Origin: Vulcanimicrobiota bacterium | GTDB lineage: Bacteria; Vulcanimicrobiota; Vulcanimicrobiia; Eremiobacterales; Eremiobacteraceae | Direction: 5' to 3' | NCBI GenBank assembly: GCA_963812135.1 | Contig: CAWETU010000001.1 | Coordinates: forward strand, 1,760,001 to 1,824,000 | Length of the DNA stretch: 64,000 nt | Shown: one piece after another, positions 50,004 through 60,504 of the stretch | Numbering within the stretch: the stretch's first letter is position 1 | Layout of the letters: every line of letters begins with the position of its first letter | Position numbers and translations under genes: made by a program | Notes under the pieces: model-generated | What the model was told of the DNA's origin: nothing | Database searches by the model: none | The model's input: the letters and a program-made list of their open reading frames with translations, nothing else

Positions 50004-50291
50004 CTACTTCTTCTTGCCTTTGTTGACGCTCTCGCGCAGGTCCTTGCCCGGGTGGAAGGCCGGCACCGTGCGTGCGGCGATCATCAGCTTCTCGCCGGTC
50101 TTGGGGTTGCGGCCCTCGCGTGCTTTTCGCTTGCGCACCTCGAAGCTACCAAACGGGATCAACTGCACTTTTTCGCCCTTCTGCAGCGCTCCCTTGATGC
50201 ACTCCAACAGCGTGTCGACGGCATTCGTGACGTCGCGCTTGGTCAGCTCGGTCTTCTCCGCAACTTCCTCGATCAGCTCAGCTTTGGTCAT
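50004..50291 (-). CDS. hup: DNA-binding protein HU
   Basis: MTKAELIEEVA..FGSFEVRKRKAREGRNPKTGE. Confidence 0.96.
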   Translation of the reverse strand: MTKAELIEEVAEKTELTKRDVTNAVDTLLECIKGALQKGEKVQLIPFGSFEVRKRKAREGRNPKTGEKLMIAARTVPAFHPGKDLRESVNKGKKK

Positions 50292-50388
50292 CGTTTCCCC
50301 TCCAGCGTGGTGATGCACTCACAAAATGAAATTGTGTCTACTCGCAGCCTTTAGCTCGCGCGCTTGCGATTCCTGCCCTCGATGCGCC

Positions 50389-50839
50389 TCAACGCTTTAT
50401 TCTATCGAGCATTCCCGCGACTGCGCGCAACGCCAGGAGGTAGGAGTCGGCGCCAAAACCAGCGACCGTACCGTCGACCACCGGCGAGATGACCGACCGA
50501 CGGCGAAACGGCTCGCGAGAATAGATGTTGCTCAGGTGCACTTCGACTTTCGGCACACGGACGGACGCGAGCGCGTCGCGGATGGCATACGAGTAGTGCG
50601 TGTACGCGCCCGGGTTGATCACGATCGCCTTCTCTTCCGCCGCCGCCAGGTGGATCTCGTTGATGAGCTCGCCTTCGCCTTGGCGCTGCATCGTTTCGAT
50701 CTCGAGCTTCAGCTCCTTGGCGAGACTGCGCAGCGCATCATCGACCTCGCCTGAGCGTGGTCGTCCCGTAGACATCCGGCTCGCGGGTGCCGAGCGCGTT
50801 GAGGTTCGGGCCATGGAGCACGACGACACGCCGCTTCAT
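50389..50839 (-). CDS. aroQ: Type II 3-dehydroquinate dehydratase (+1 frameshift at about 50752)
   Basis: [18 protein letters not shown] joined to [24 protein letters not shown]. Confidence 0.92.
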
Positions 50840-50918
50840 GTGCGCGCGGTTCGGCCGGAATGGTTCCGACACCTCGACGAAAGGGGCGCCCGCGTGCGTC
50901 CGAAAAACTCTTCTGTTG

Positions 50919-51809
50919 ATGCAACACGACTATGCTGCCACCGCGATCGCCGCGGGCGAAACCGCGCGGATCGTCGCAGCCCGCACGACCGAGATCGTGC
51001 GCGAGGCTCAGGCGCGCCATGACTGCTCGCCGACGGTCACCGCGGGTCTGGGCCGCCTTTTGACCGGCGCGGCGCTCATCGGCATCGGCTTGAGCGGCAG
51101 CGAGCGTCTGACGCTGCAGATCAACGGCACCGGACCCGTGCGCTTCTTGGTGGCCGAGGCGATGCCAGGTGGCCGCGTGCGCGGATATCCCGGCCGGGCG
51201 CGCGCCGAAGTGCCGCTCAATGCGAGCGGCAAGTTCGACGTCGGAGGCGCGATCGGCAACGGGTCACTGCATGTGACGCGTATCTACGACACTGGGCTGC
51301 CGTATACGAGCGCGGTGCCGCTGCGAAGCGGTGAGATCGGCGACGATCTCGCTTATTATTTCGCCAACTCGGAACAGGTGCCGAGCGTCGTCGCGGTCGG
51401 GGTGCTTGCCAATCCGCAAGGCGTGCTCGCGGCCGGCGGGATCATCGCGCAGCTATTGCCAGGCGCGGATGTCTCGACGATCGAGACGCTGGAGCGCGCC
51501 GCCCGCGCCCTTCCGCAGATCAGTTCGCTCGTGCGCGCCGGTTTGACACCCGAGCAGATGATCGAGCGCTTCGCCGCTGGTCTCGAGCCCAGGGTCAGCC
51601 ACATCCAGCCGCTCGCGTTTTCGTGTTTGTGCAACCGCACACGCGTGGTGCGCGCCCTCGTGACGCTTGGTATGGAAGCCTTACGCGAGATGGCTGCCGC
51701 CAGCGAGGACACAGAGGCGACGTGCGACTTCTGCGGGCAGCGCTATTACTTCGCGCCGGACGAGATCGGGAAGATCCTCAGCGCTGCGAGCGCGCAGGAC
51801 GTTTCTTAG
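50919..51809 (+). CDS. hslO: Hsp33 redox chaperone
   Basis: [25 protein letters not shown] and CDFC zinc motifs. Confidence 0.93.
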   Translation: MQHDYAATAIAAGETARIVAARTTEIVREAQARHDCSPTVTAGLGRLLTGAALIGIGLSGSERLTLQINGTGPVRFLVAEAMPGGRVRGYPGRARAEVPLNASGKFDVGGAIGNGSLHVTRIYDTGLPYTSAVPLRSGEIGDDLAYYFANSEQVPSVVAVGVLANPQGVLAAGGIIAQLLPGADVSTIETLERAARALPQISSLVRAGLTPEQMIERFAAGLEPRVSHIQPLAFSCLCNRTRVVRALVTLGMEALREMAAASEDTEATCDFCGQRYYFAPDEIGKILSAASAQDVS

Positions 51810-53006
51810 TTACCGCTCACGCACGACGATGCGGACGAACGTGTGGTTGCCCTTTTGCAACACTTTGCCGTGCCATGGTTCTTCTATGAGCAGCGGGTCG
51901 TCGACGCGCACGCCGTCAAGTTTGACCGCTCCCTGTTCGATCAAGCGTTGACCCTCGCGATTCGAGCCCGCCAACCCGCTCATCACGAGCAGCTTGAGCA
52001 CCGTCGCCAGTTGCTCGTCCTTCGCTAATGGGTACTCGCGCATGTCTTCGGGGATCTGTTTGCGCATGACGGTCTTCTCGAAATGGTCGCGAGCATCGTT
52101 TGCGGCATCCTGCCCGTGGTAAAGCCGCACGATCGACTCGGCGAGCTGCAGCTTTGCGTCGCGCGGCTGCCGAGCGAGGATTTTTTTCACTTCGTTGTCA
52201 TCAGCCGGTGTGGCAAGTTCCCAATAGCGCCGCATAAGCACGTCCGGCAGTGACATGATCTTGCCGAACATCTGCGTGGGCGATTCGCGCAGCGCGATGA
52301 AGTTATTGAGGCTCTTGCCCATGCGCTGTACGCCGTCCGTGCCTTCCAAGATCGGCAACGTCATGCAGATCTGCGGCGGCTGTCCGAACTCTTCTTGGAG
52401 CCGGCGGCCCATCAGCAAGTTGAACAACTGCTCCGTGCCACCCAACTCGACGTCGGCTTTGACCGCGACTGAGTCGTAGCCCATGCTGATCGGGTAGAGC
52501 AATTCGTGTAATCCGATCGGCTCTTGCGCGAAGTAGCGCTTGCTGAAGTCGTCGCGCTCGAGCATGCGCGCGACGGTGACCTTGCCTGCCAGACCGATAA
52601 GATCGCCGAACGTGAGCTTGCCGAGCCATTCGCTGTTATAGCGGATCTCGGCGTGGTCCATGTCGAGGATGAGGGCCGCCTGTTCGGCGTAGGTCTTCAT
52701 GTCGGTGGCGATCTCTTCGCGCGTGCGCGGTTTGCGCGCATCCGCTCGCCCGCTCGGGTCACCGATCTGTGCGGTGAAGTCGCCGACGATGAGGATCGCG
52801 TGGTGCCCGAGGTCTTGGAATTGGCGCAGCTTGCGCAAGACGACGGCGTGTCCGAGGTGGAGCTGCGGGCCGGTCGGATCGATGCCGAGCTTCACCCGAA
52901 GCGGCTGCCCGCCGGCCAACCGCTTTTCGAGGTCTTCTTTCGTTACGACGTCAACGCACCGCCCGCTCAATAGCTCGGCCATGCCCGTCGCGGAGCGCTG
53001 TGTCAT
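51810..53006 (-). CDS. tyrS: Tyrosine--tRNA ligase
   Basis: KLGIDPT..HLGH, ELGGTEQLFN, RMGKS, C-terminal S4 domain. Confidence 0.95.
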   Translation of the reverse strand: MTQRSATGMAELLSGRCVDVVTKEDLEKRLAGGQPLRVKLGIDPTGPQLHLGHAVVLRKLRQFQDLGHHAILIVGDFTAQIGDPSGRADARKPRTREEIATDMKTYAEQAALILDMDHAEIRYNSEWLGKLTFGDLIGLAGKVTVARMLERDDFSKRYFAQEPIGLHELLYPISMGYDSVAVKADVELGGTEQLFNLLMGRRLQEEFGQPPQICMTLPILEGTDGVQRMGKSLNNFIALRESPTQMFGKIMSLPDVLMRRYWELATPADDNEVKKILARQPRDAKLQLAESIVRLYHGQDAANDARDHFEKTVMRKQIPEDMREYPLAKDEQLATVLKLLVMSGLAGSNREGQRLIEQGAVKLDGVRVDDPLLIEEPWHGKVLQKGNHTFVRIVVRER

Positions 53007-55459
53007 CAGCGCAGGGTTACGATAGTGACGCCCGAGCCGCCTTCGCGATCCCCGGCTTGTGCAAGGCCGGCCACCTGTGCATGGTCGCGTAAGAATTCTC
53101 GGATGCCCTTCCCAAGCTGGCCGGTGCCTTTGCCGTGGATGATGCGCAGCTGGTCTGCGCCTGCGAGGCTGGCGCTGTCGAGCGCCTTGTCCACGATCGG
53201 CATCGCCTCGTCCACGCGCATGCCGCGCACGTCGATCTCGGTGAGATTGGAAGCGTCGCTCGCTTCGACACCTTGTGGACGAGCTGCGCCCGTCCGGGCA
53301 CCTGCGCTGCGCTCCTGTACTAGATTTCCCGACAGATCGGCGCTGAGCTCGCTGCGGGGCACGACGACCTTGACTGTTCCCATCGTGACCAACGCATCGC
53401 GATCGTAGAGTTCGCTGACGACGCCGGGCGCACCAAAACTGCGCACGTGAACGCGGTCGCCTTGGCGCAACTGACGTGCCGCCGGATCATCCGGCGCGGC
53501 ATGCTGGAGCCCGAGGCTCTTGCGCATGTCTTCGAGCGTCTTGTCCAGATCTGCGCCGGGCGCGCTACCCACACGCTGGCGACGACGCGATTCGCCGCTC
53601 TGCGCGGCGCGCTCCATCAACTCAGCGCGCACTTGCCGCACCGCATCGTCGAGGACTGCGGCAGCGCGGTTTTCGAACTGCTTGCGCTCCCGTTCGAATG
53701 CGGCGGCCTGGTCTACCAGTTGCTGCTCGAGGCGGCCGGTCTGCGCGCGCAGCGCCTCGAGCTCGAACTGGCGCTTTTGCAGCTCGGCGCGCTCTGCGGC
53801 CAGACCCTCGAAGGCGCTCTCCAGCCGGCGGCCTTCTTCTCCGAGCAGCGCTTCCGCGCGGGCGATCATGGGCGCAGGCAGCCGCAATGCGCGCGCGAGC
53901 GGAAACGCGAGCGATTGGCCAGGTACGCCAAGGGCAAGGATGTAGGTCGGCGCGTTGGTGTCAGCATCGAAAAGCATGGATGCGTTCGCGACGCGCTCGG
54001 TGGCTGCCGCGAAGACCTTGAGCTGCGTATAGTGCGTGGTGACGACGACGCGCGCACCGACCGCCAAGAGCGCTTCGATGAACGCTTGCGCGAGCGCGGC
54101 CCCGGCGACGGGCTCGGTACCGCTGCCGATCTCGTCGACCAGCACAAGGCTGTCCTTGGACGCGCCGTCAAGCGCGCCGCGCAGCGCCTCGAGGTGCGCT
54201 GAAAATGACGACAGGTTCTGCGCGATCGATTGCTCGTCGCCAAGGACGCACGCGATCCGATCGAACCAACCGATCTCGGTGCCCGGCTGCGCCGACACCG
54301 GCACGCCGCTGTACGCCAACAAGCAGAACAATCCCATGGTCTTGAGCGCGACGCTCTTGCCACCCATGTTCGGCCCGGAGATGACGAGCGCGTCGAAATC
54401 GATGCCGACTTCCACGTCGAGCGGCGTCGCGGCACGAGTGAGCAGCGGGTGGCGCCCGCCGACGATGCGCAGCATCGGACGTTCGTTCAAGGCTGGGCGA
54501 AGGGCGGCATGCGCCGTGCCCCAGCGCGCAACCGCGCCGACCGCGTCAAGCCGCGCCACCAGCGCGGCATTGACGCGCAGCTCTTCTCGCTTCGAAGCGA
54601 CGAACGACGTCAATTGCGCGAGGATGCGCGCGATCTCGCGCTCCTCGGCTGATTCAAGCGCACGCAGCCGGTTGTTGGCTTCGACCGAGGCAAGCGGTTC
54701 GACGTAGACAGTCGACCCCGATGACGACTCGTCGTGCACGACGCCGGGGAATTCGCCCGCAAATTCTTTGCGAACCGGCACCACGTAGCGGCCTGCGCGC
54801 ACCGTGACCACAGGCTCTGACAGCATCTTCGCCGTGCTCGCATTGCGCGTGATCGCCGCGCAGCGGTCGCGGATCTCGTCATGCAGCACTCGTTGCTGGC
54901 GGCGGATACGCGCCAGCTCGGGGGAGGCGGCGTCCGCGACGCGACCTTCCGGTTCGATGGCATCGTCGATCTTGCGGACGAGGTCGCGCGTGTCTTGGCG
55001 GCGCGCGAGCAATGCCTTAAATGCGCCGCGCGGGCGGGCGAGCGCGTCAGCGGGTCTCGAGCCTTCGCTCGAGGCGACACCCGAGCTTCGCCCGGGTCCT
55101 ACATCTTTGCGGCTCGAGCTTCGCTCGGGTCCTACGTTCGCCGCGATGGAACGCAGCGCACGTTCCGCCTCTGCGATCGCGCGCAACTCGATGCCCGAGA
55201 TCGTCGCGCCTTTTTCGGCACGCGCGATAAGCTCGGTGACGTCGGAGACGCCGCCAAGGGCGATATCCCCTCCGGCCTGCAAGAACGCCATCGCGTCTTC
55301 GACGAGGGTCTGTTCTTCATCAGCCTGCTGGCGCGTGTGGAGCGGACGTACGGCGAGGATCGCGCGCTTGCCGGGTTCGCACGTCGTCTTCGCCGCGATC
55401 TGGGCGATGACGTCATCGAACTCCAGCGCTCGGAGCGCGTGTTCGTGGTTATCGGGCAA
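53006..55459 (-). CDS. mutS2: Endonuclease MutS2
   Basis: TTG start with AAGGAG; GPNMGGKS, LSSFSAH, DEIGSGT, TTH, KOW, Smr IIHGKGTG. Confidence 0.95.
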   Translation of the reverse strand: MPDNHEHALRALEFDDVIAQIAAKTTCEPGKRAILAVRPLHTRQQADEEQTLVEDAMAFLQAGGDIALGGVSDVTELIARAEKGATISGIELRAIAEAERALRSIAANVGPERSSSRKDVGPGRSSGVASSEGSRPADALARPRGAFKALLARRQDTRDLVRKIDDAIEPEGRVADAASPELARIRRQQRVLHDEIRDRCAAITRNASTAKMLSEPVVTVRAGRYVVPVRKEFAGEFPGVVHDESSSGSTVYVEPLASVEANNRLRALESAEEREIARILAQLTSFVASKREELRVNAALVARLDAVGAVARWGTAHAALRPALNERPMLRIVGGRHPLLTRAATPLDVEVGIDFDALVISGPNMGGKSVALKTMGLFCLLAYSGVPVSAQPGTEIGWFDRIACVLGDEQSIAQNLSSFSAHLEALRGALDGASKDSLVLVDEIGSGTEPVAGAALAQAFIEALLAVGARVVVTTHYTQLKVFAAATERVANASMLFDADTNAPTYILALGVPGQSLAFPLARALRLPAPMIARAEALLGEEGRRLESAFEGLAAERAELQKRQFELEALRAQTGRLEQQLVDQAAAFERERKQFENRAAAVLDDAVRQVRAELMERAAQSGESRRRQRVGSAPGADLDKTLEDMRKSLGLQHAAPDDPAARQLRQGDRVHVRSFGAPGVVSELYDRDALVTMGTVKVVVPRSELSADLSGNLVQERSAGARTGAARPQGVEASDASNLTEIDVRGMRVDEAMPIVDKALDSASLAGADQLRIIHGKGTGQLGKGIREFLRDHAQVAGLAQAGDREGGSGVTIVTLR
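53277..53326 (-). repeat. Degenerate family B element in the mutS2 KOW-Smr linker
   Basis: ggacgagc-tgc-gcccgtcc hairpin plus ggcacctgcgctgcgctcctgtactagatt (23/30 ungapped to the imuB copy); encodes NLVQERSAGA in the same phase. Confidence 0.55.
55056..55135 (-). repeat. Family B element (three hairpins), in frame inside mutS2
   Basis: Two GTAGGACCCG units plus a CTCGAGC hairpin; encodes NVGPERSSSRKDVGPGRSSGVASSEGSR. Confidence 0.88.
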
Positions 55460-56910
55460 GACGCTCCTTGAGGAGCGCGCGCACCATCTCGACATTCGCC
55501 TTGCCGCGCGAGAGCTTCATCACCTGGCCGACCAGGAACTCGAATGCTTTGTCCTTGCCGGCTTTATACGAGGCGACGGAGTCCGCGTTCGCCGCGAGCG
55601 CCTGGTCGACGAAGCCAGCCACCGCAGAGGCGTCCGAGGTCTGCGCAAGTCCGCGCTCCTCAACGACGCTCTTGGGATCGCGGCCCTCGATGACGACCGG
55701 TTCGCAGATCTCCTTGGCGGCCTTGCCCGAGATGGTGCCGTCCGCCACGAGCGCGATCAACGCGGCGAGCTGCTCCGGGCGCATCTTCGCATCGCCAAGC
55801 CCGATCTCGTGCTTTTGCAAGACCCGGCGCACATCGCCCATCATCCAATTGGCGGCTTGTTTCGCGTTGCCGCTCGCCGCAGCGACCGCTTCGAAGAACT
55901 CCGCCGTGGTGCGCTCCTCGGTGAGAATACCGGCGTCATACGGCGGCAGGCCGAACTCGCGCACGTAGCGCTCGCGTTTGGCCGCCGGCAGCTCCGGCAG
56001 TTCCGCGCGCCAGCGATCGACCAGCTTGGGGTCGAGCTCGAGCGGCACGAGGTCCGGATCGGGGAAATAGCGATAGTCGTGCGCTTGCTCTTTCGAGCGC
56101 ATCGAATGCGTCGAACCACTGGCCTCGTCCCAACCGCGGGTCTCTTGCACGATGCGCTCGCCCGAGCGCAGGCACTCGCGCATCCGCTTGATCTCGTAAT
56201 CGATGGCGCGGCCGACCGAGCGGAACGAGTTGAGGTTCTTCACCTCGATCTTCGTGCCGAGCGCCGAGCTGCCCGCCGGCCGGATCGAGACGTTTGCGTC
56301 GCAGCGCAGCGAGCCTTCGTGCATCTTGACGTCGGACACGCCGATGTACGACAGCACCGCCTTGAGCTCGGTGAGATACGCTTCGGCTTCTTCCGCTGAT
56401 GAGATCTCGGGCTCGCTCACGACTTCCATCAACGGCACGCCCGCGCGGTTGAAATCGACCAGCGTGTAGGCGGACTTCGCGATGCTCTCGCCCGCGTGGA
56501 TGTTCTTGCCCGTATCTTCTTCTAGATGGATGCGCGTGAGGCGACACGCGCTTGCCCGATGGCAGCAAGACACCGCCTCCTGTGGTCAGCGGCATGTCGT
56601 ACTGCGAGATCTGGTAATTCTTCGGCATGTCCGGATAGAAGTAGTTCTTGCGGTCGAACTTCGAATACGGGGCGATCGTGCAACCTAGCGCGAGGCCGGC
56701 TTTGCACAAGTACTCGACGGCTTTGGCGTTCGCGACCGGCAAGCTGCCCGGGAAACCCAAGCAGATCGGGCACACGTTCGTGTTCGGCGGCGCGCCGAAC
56801 GCGTTGCGGCACGCGCAGAACATCTTGCTCGCGGTGAGCAGCTCGACGTGCACCTCGAGGCCGATCACGGCTTCGGTCGCTGCGACGTCTTTGATCGCCG
56901 TCTCGCTCAT
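55449..56910 (-). CDS. gatB: Asp/Glu-tRNA amidotransferase subunit B (+1 frameshift at about 56544)
   Basis: [44 protein letters not shown]. Confidence 0.95.
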
Positions 56911-58376
56911 GCCGCCGCTCCCGAAGTGACCAGCGGCGTGCGCGCCCAGGCGTGTTTGGTCGTCTGCTCGTACGCGTGCGCCACGCCGAGCATGCGGCCT
57001 TCCTCAAATGCCGGCGCGACGAGCTGCAACCCGACCGGCAGATCGTTGACATAGCCCGCGGGAACGGACATCGCCGGGATGCCCGCCAGGCTCATCGGAA
57101 TCGTGAAAAAGTCCATGAGGTACATCGCGACCGGATCTTGTGTCAGGGCGCCGACCTGGAACGGCGGGCACGAAACGGCCGGACACGCGATGACGTCGCA
57201 ACGCGCGAACGCCTCGTCGAAGTCCTGTTTCATCAGCGTGCGCACTTTTTGCGCCCGGACGTAGTACGCGTCGTAATAGCCGGAGCTGAGCGCGTACGTC
57301 CCTAAGATGATGCGCCGTTTCACCTCTGGCCCGAATCCGGCGGCGCGCGTGGCGTCGTACATCGCGAACACATCGCTACCGTCCACCCGCAAGCCGTAAC
57401 GCGCGCCGTCGTAGCGCGCGAGGTTCGACGACGCTTCTGCCGGCGCGATCAAATAATAGGTCGCGAGGCCGTACTTGGCGTGCGGCAGACTCACCGGCAC
57501 GAGCCTCGCGCCGAGCGCTTGCAGATCTTGATAGGCTTTCTTATAAAGCGAAGACATCGCGGCATCCGACGCGATGCTCTCTTCGAATTCAGTGACGATG
57601 CCGACGCGCACGCCCTTGAGATCGTCGCGCAGTGCGTCCGCGTAGTGCGGCACGGGCACATCGACGCTGGTCGAGTCGAGCGTGTCGTAGCCGGCGATCG
57701 CTTCGAGCGTGTCCGCGCTGTCGCGCACGTCGACCGTCAACGGGCCGGCTTGATCGAGCGACGAGGCGAACGCGACGATGCCGTAGCGCGAGACCCGGCC
57801 ATACGTCGGCTTCACGCCGACCACCCCGCAAAACGACGCGGGCTCGCGGATCGATCCGCCCGTGTCGGTGCCGAGGCCGATGGGGACGTTGCGGGCGCCG
57901 ACCGTGGCGGCGCTGCCGCCCGAGCTGCCGCCAGGCACGCTTTCGCCATCCCATGGATTGCGCGTCGGATAGAACGCGGAGTTCTCGCATGACGAGCCCA
58001 TCGCGAACTCGTCCATGTTCGTCTTGCCGACGATCACTGCACCCGCCGCTTCGAGCCGGTTGACGACGGTCGCCGAATACGGCGGCACGAAGTTGTCAAG
58101 GATCTTCGAGCCGGCGGTCGTGCGCACGCCGCGCGTGCAGAACAGATCTTTCACCGCGACCGGCACGCCCGCAAGCAAGCCCGGGTTCTCGCCGCGCGCC
58201 ACTGCCTCGTCGATCTCTTTGGCGCGCGCCAGCGCGCGGTCGGCCGTGAGCGTCAAGTAGGCGTGCAGTCGCGGCTCGGTCGCGTTGATCGAGTTGAGCG
58301 CGGCGCGCGTCGCTTCGACGGCGCTAGTCTCGCGCCGCATGACGGCATCGCGGATCTCGTGCCCGGTCTTCATCAT
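56907..58376 (-). CDS. gatA: Asp/Glu-tRNA amidotransferase subunit A
   Basis: [38 protein letters not shown]. Confidence 0.96.
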   Translation of the reverse strand: MMKTGHEIRDAVMRRETSAVEATRAALNSINATEPRLHAYLTLTADRALARAKEIDEAVARGENPGLLAGVPVAVKDLFCTRGVRTTAGSKILDNFVPPYSATVVNRLEAAGAVIVGKTNMDEFAMGSSCENSAFYPTRNPWDGESVPGGSSGGSAATVGARNVPIGLGTDTGGSIREPASFCGVVGVKPTYGRVSRYGIVAFASSLDQAGPLTVDVRDSADTLEAIAGYDTLDSTSVDVPVPHYADALRDDLKGVRVGIVTEFEESIASDAAMSSLYKKAYQDLQALGARLVPVSLPHAKYGLATYYLIAPAEASSNLARYDGARYGLRVDGSDVFAMYDATRAAGFGPEVKRRIILGTYALSSGYYDAYYVRAQKVRTLMKQDFDEAFARCDVIACPAVSCPPFQVGALTQDPVAMYLMDFFTIPMSLAGIPAMSVPAGYVNDLPVGLQLVAPAFEEGRMLGVAHAYEQTTKHAWARTPLVTSGAAA

Positions 58377-58664
58377 CTACTCGAGGATGCGAGGCATCTT
58401 GAAATACGGCCCCTCGGTGGCCGGCGCGTTCGCCAACGCCTCTTCGTGTGTGAGACACGGGCCCACCACGTCTTCGCGCAACACGTTCTTGAGCGGGATG
58501 ACCTGTGCGGTGGCGTGCACGTGCTCGACGTCCAGCGCCTGCAGCTCGCGGATGAAATCGAACAGCCGGCCGAACTGCGCGGAAAAGCGCTCCGCCTCTT
58601 CCTGCGTCAATGCGATGCGCGCGAGCTTGGCGACGTGAGCGATGTCGATGGGGACGTCGGGCAT
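58377..58664 (-). CDS. gatC: Asp/Glu-tRNA amidotransferase subunit C
   Basis: HVAKLARI..LRED..ALANAP..YFKMPRI. Confidence 0.95.
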   Translation of the reverse strand: MPDVPIDIAHVAKLARIALTQEEAERFSAQFGRLFDFIRELQALDVEHVHATAQVIPLKNVLREDVVGPCLTHEEALANAPATEGPYFKMPRILE

Positions 58665-58677
58665 TTGTGTTCCTTTT

Positions 58678-58701
58678 CGGTCGAATAAATTCGACCGCTA
58701 C
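58678..58701 (-). repeat. 24-bp GTAG REP (family A), copy 2; supplies the rlmD TAG stop
   Basis: Identical to copy 1; its GTAG overlaps the stop codon at 58700-58698. Confidence 0.92.
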
Positions 58702-60059
58702 GTTTTTTTGAAGGTGGTCACGACTTCGACGTGGCCGGTCTGCGGGAACATGTCGTAGGGGGTCGCGCGCTCCACTATGTAGCCGCGCGCCACGAGCGTG
58801 CTCGCGTCGCGGGCAAGCGTCGCGGGATTGCACGACACATACACGATCCGGCTGACGCCATGGTCGGCAAGCGCGTTGAGCACCTGCGGTTCGCAGCCCT
58901 TGCGGGGCGGATCGAGGATGACCGCGCCGGTCCCAGCCAGCAAGGTCCGACCACGCTCTCCGCTCACGGCATCAACCGCGCTCGCATGTTCGAACGCGGC
59001 GTTCACGATACCATTCGCGGCAGCGTTCGCCGCGGCTTCGTCAACCGCCGGCTTGAACCATTCGACGCCGGTCGTCGCGACGCCGTGTCTGCCGAGGATC
59101 ACCGCGAACGTGCCGACGCCGCAATACAGATCGACCACGCGCGCTGCGCCGGACAGTTCTTCGACGAGCCGTTGCGCGATGAGCTCGAGCACCGCGGTGT
59201 TGATCTGGAAAAACGACTCGATCCCGAAGCGCAGCGTCGCACCCGCAATCGTCTCCTTCAGCATCGGCGAGCCCCACAGCGTCGCCGACCGTGCGCCGAA
59301 CACCGCGTTCTCGCTCTCCAGCTCCCAGCTCGCAACGACGCCGGTCAGCTCGGGGATTCGAGCGCGGAGATCGTCGACATAGGCGCCGGCCGCTTTGTTG
59401 GGTTTAGCCCCGTTGAACGAGACCACGAGCTCTTCGCTCGTGGCGCTTGCGCGCGCGACCACGTGGCGCGCGCCCGAAAACGGCTGCGGAACTTCCTTGG
59501 CCATCTCGACGAGCCGCTTCACGGCTTCGTCGAGCCGCGGCAGCAACACCGGACACGCCTCGATCGGCACGATGCGATGACTGCGCGCTTCGTAGAAGCC
59601 GAGCTGCATCGCGCCGTCGGCGAAGCGCGTGACCAGGCTGACCTTGTTGCGATAGCCGGTGCCGACCGACGCCGGTGTTGGAACCGTTTCATCGATCTCG
59701 ACATCGGCCAAACCACCGAGGCGGCGCAGCGCGTCGGCGAGCATGCGACGTTTCCACTCCAGCTGCGCGTCGTACGCCAAGTGCAGCGCCTGACATCCGC
59801 CGCAGCGTGGGAATACCGGACAGATCGAAGGAACGCGCTTCGGCGACGGCGTTTCGATCGCGGTGACGTGTGCGCTGACGTAGTTGCGCTTGACCGCGTC
59901 GACCGCCACGCGGACCGTTTCGCCGGGCAGCCCGCCCGTCACAAACGCGACCAAGCCATCGACCCGGCCGACGCCTTGGCCATTCTCTAGGAGATCGTCG
60001 AGGGTGATCGGTTCGCGAGCGAGTCGAGCGGCCGCGCTATCCGCGACGGCTCTCGTCAA
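58698..60059 (-). CDS. rlmD: 23S rRNA (uracil-5)-methyltransferase, TRAM domain
   Basis: CPVFPRCGGC, SFFQIN, DLYCGVG, DPPRKG, YVSCNPATLARD, DMFPQTGHVE. Confidence 0.93.
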   Translation of the reverse strand: MTRAVADSAAARLAREPITLDDLLENGQGVGRVDGLVAFVTGGLPGETVRVAVDAVKRNYVSAHVTAIETPSPKRVPSICPVFPRCGGCQALHLAYDAQLEWKRRMLADALRRLGGLADVEIDETVPTPASVGTGYRNKVSLVTRFADGAMQLGFYEARSHRIVPIEACPVLLPRLDEAVKRLVEMAKEVPQPFSGARHVVARASATSEELVVSFNGAKPNKAAGAYVDDLRARIPELTGVVASWELESENAVFGARSATLWGSPMLKETIAGATLRFGIESFFQINTAVLELIAQRLVEELSGAARVVDLYCGVGTFAVILGRHGVATTGVEWFKPAVDEAAANAAANGIVNAAFEHASAVDAVSGERGRTLLAGTGAVILDPPRKGCEPQVLNALADHGVSRIVYVSCNPATLARDASTLVARGYIVERATPYDMFPQTGHVEVVTTFKKT

Positions 60060-60225
60060 GGGTCTTACGGAGCTGGTCGGCTTCGTCGATCAGCGCTTGG
60101 ATGCGGTCGCGCGTGGGATCGGGCGGCGCGGGCGCCATCAGCGTGCGCATGAACAAGAACCCGCCGAGCGCCGAGGCGACGAACACCGTCGCCCAGACGA
60201 GCGGGTACACGACCTTGCGGTTCAC
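60037..60225 (-). CDS. Small membrane protein
   Basis: 62 aa; TM followed by a short coiled coil RIQALIDEADQL. Confidence 0.65.
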   Translation of the reverse strand: MNRKVVYPLVWATVFVASALGGFLFMRTLMAPAPPDPTRDRIQALIDEADQLRKTLDESRRG

Positions 60226-60258
60226 TGGCGCAGCCTTTCGAACATAGCGCTTGTCCTT

Positions 60259-60504
60259 TTAGACGCGGCCAGACGCGACTTCCTCTTCTGCGCCGTGCTG
60301 GTGCGGGATTGGGTATGCCGCCAGCAGGCACGCCACGTGCGGCGCGGTCACAAAAACGAGGCGGCGCTGGTCGACATCGGCGACATACATGCTGGCCCCG
60401 CCATGGAGCGGGCGACAGGCGACGAGTCGCAGCGGCGTGATGGCGCGCGCGGCGATCCAACTGCGCACGTCGCGCACGAGACGCGCGATGCGATCACGGA
60501 ACAT
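60259..60504 (-). CDS. FliO-like small protein (divergent)
   Basis: LRLVACRPLHGGASMYVADVDQRRLVF..ACLL resembles the FliO cytoplasmic motif. Confidence 0.45.
   Translation of the reverse strand: MFRDRIARLVRDVRSWIAARAITPLRLVACRPLHGGASMYVADVDQRRLVFVTAPHVACLLAAYPIPHQHGAEEEVASGRV

Noticed and set aside
52310..52330. TyrS RMGKS instead of KMSKS
   Set aside because: Conservative variation of a motif known to vary; the rest of the enzyme looks intact
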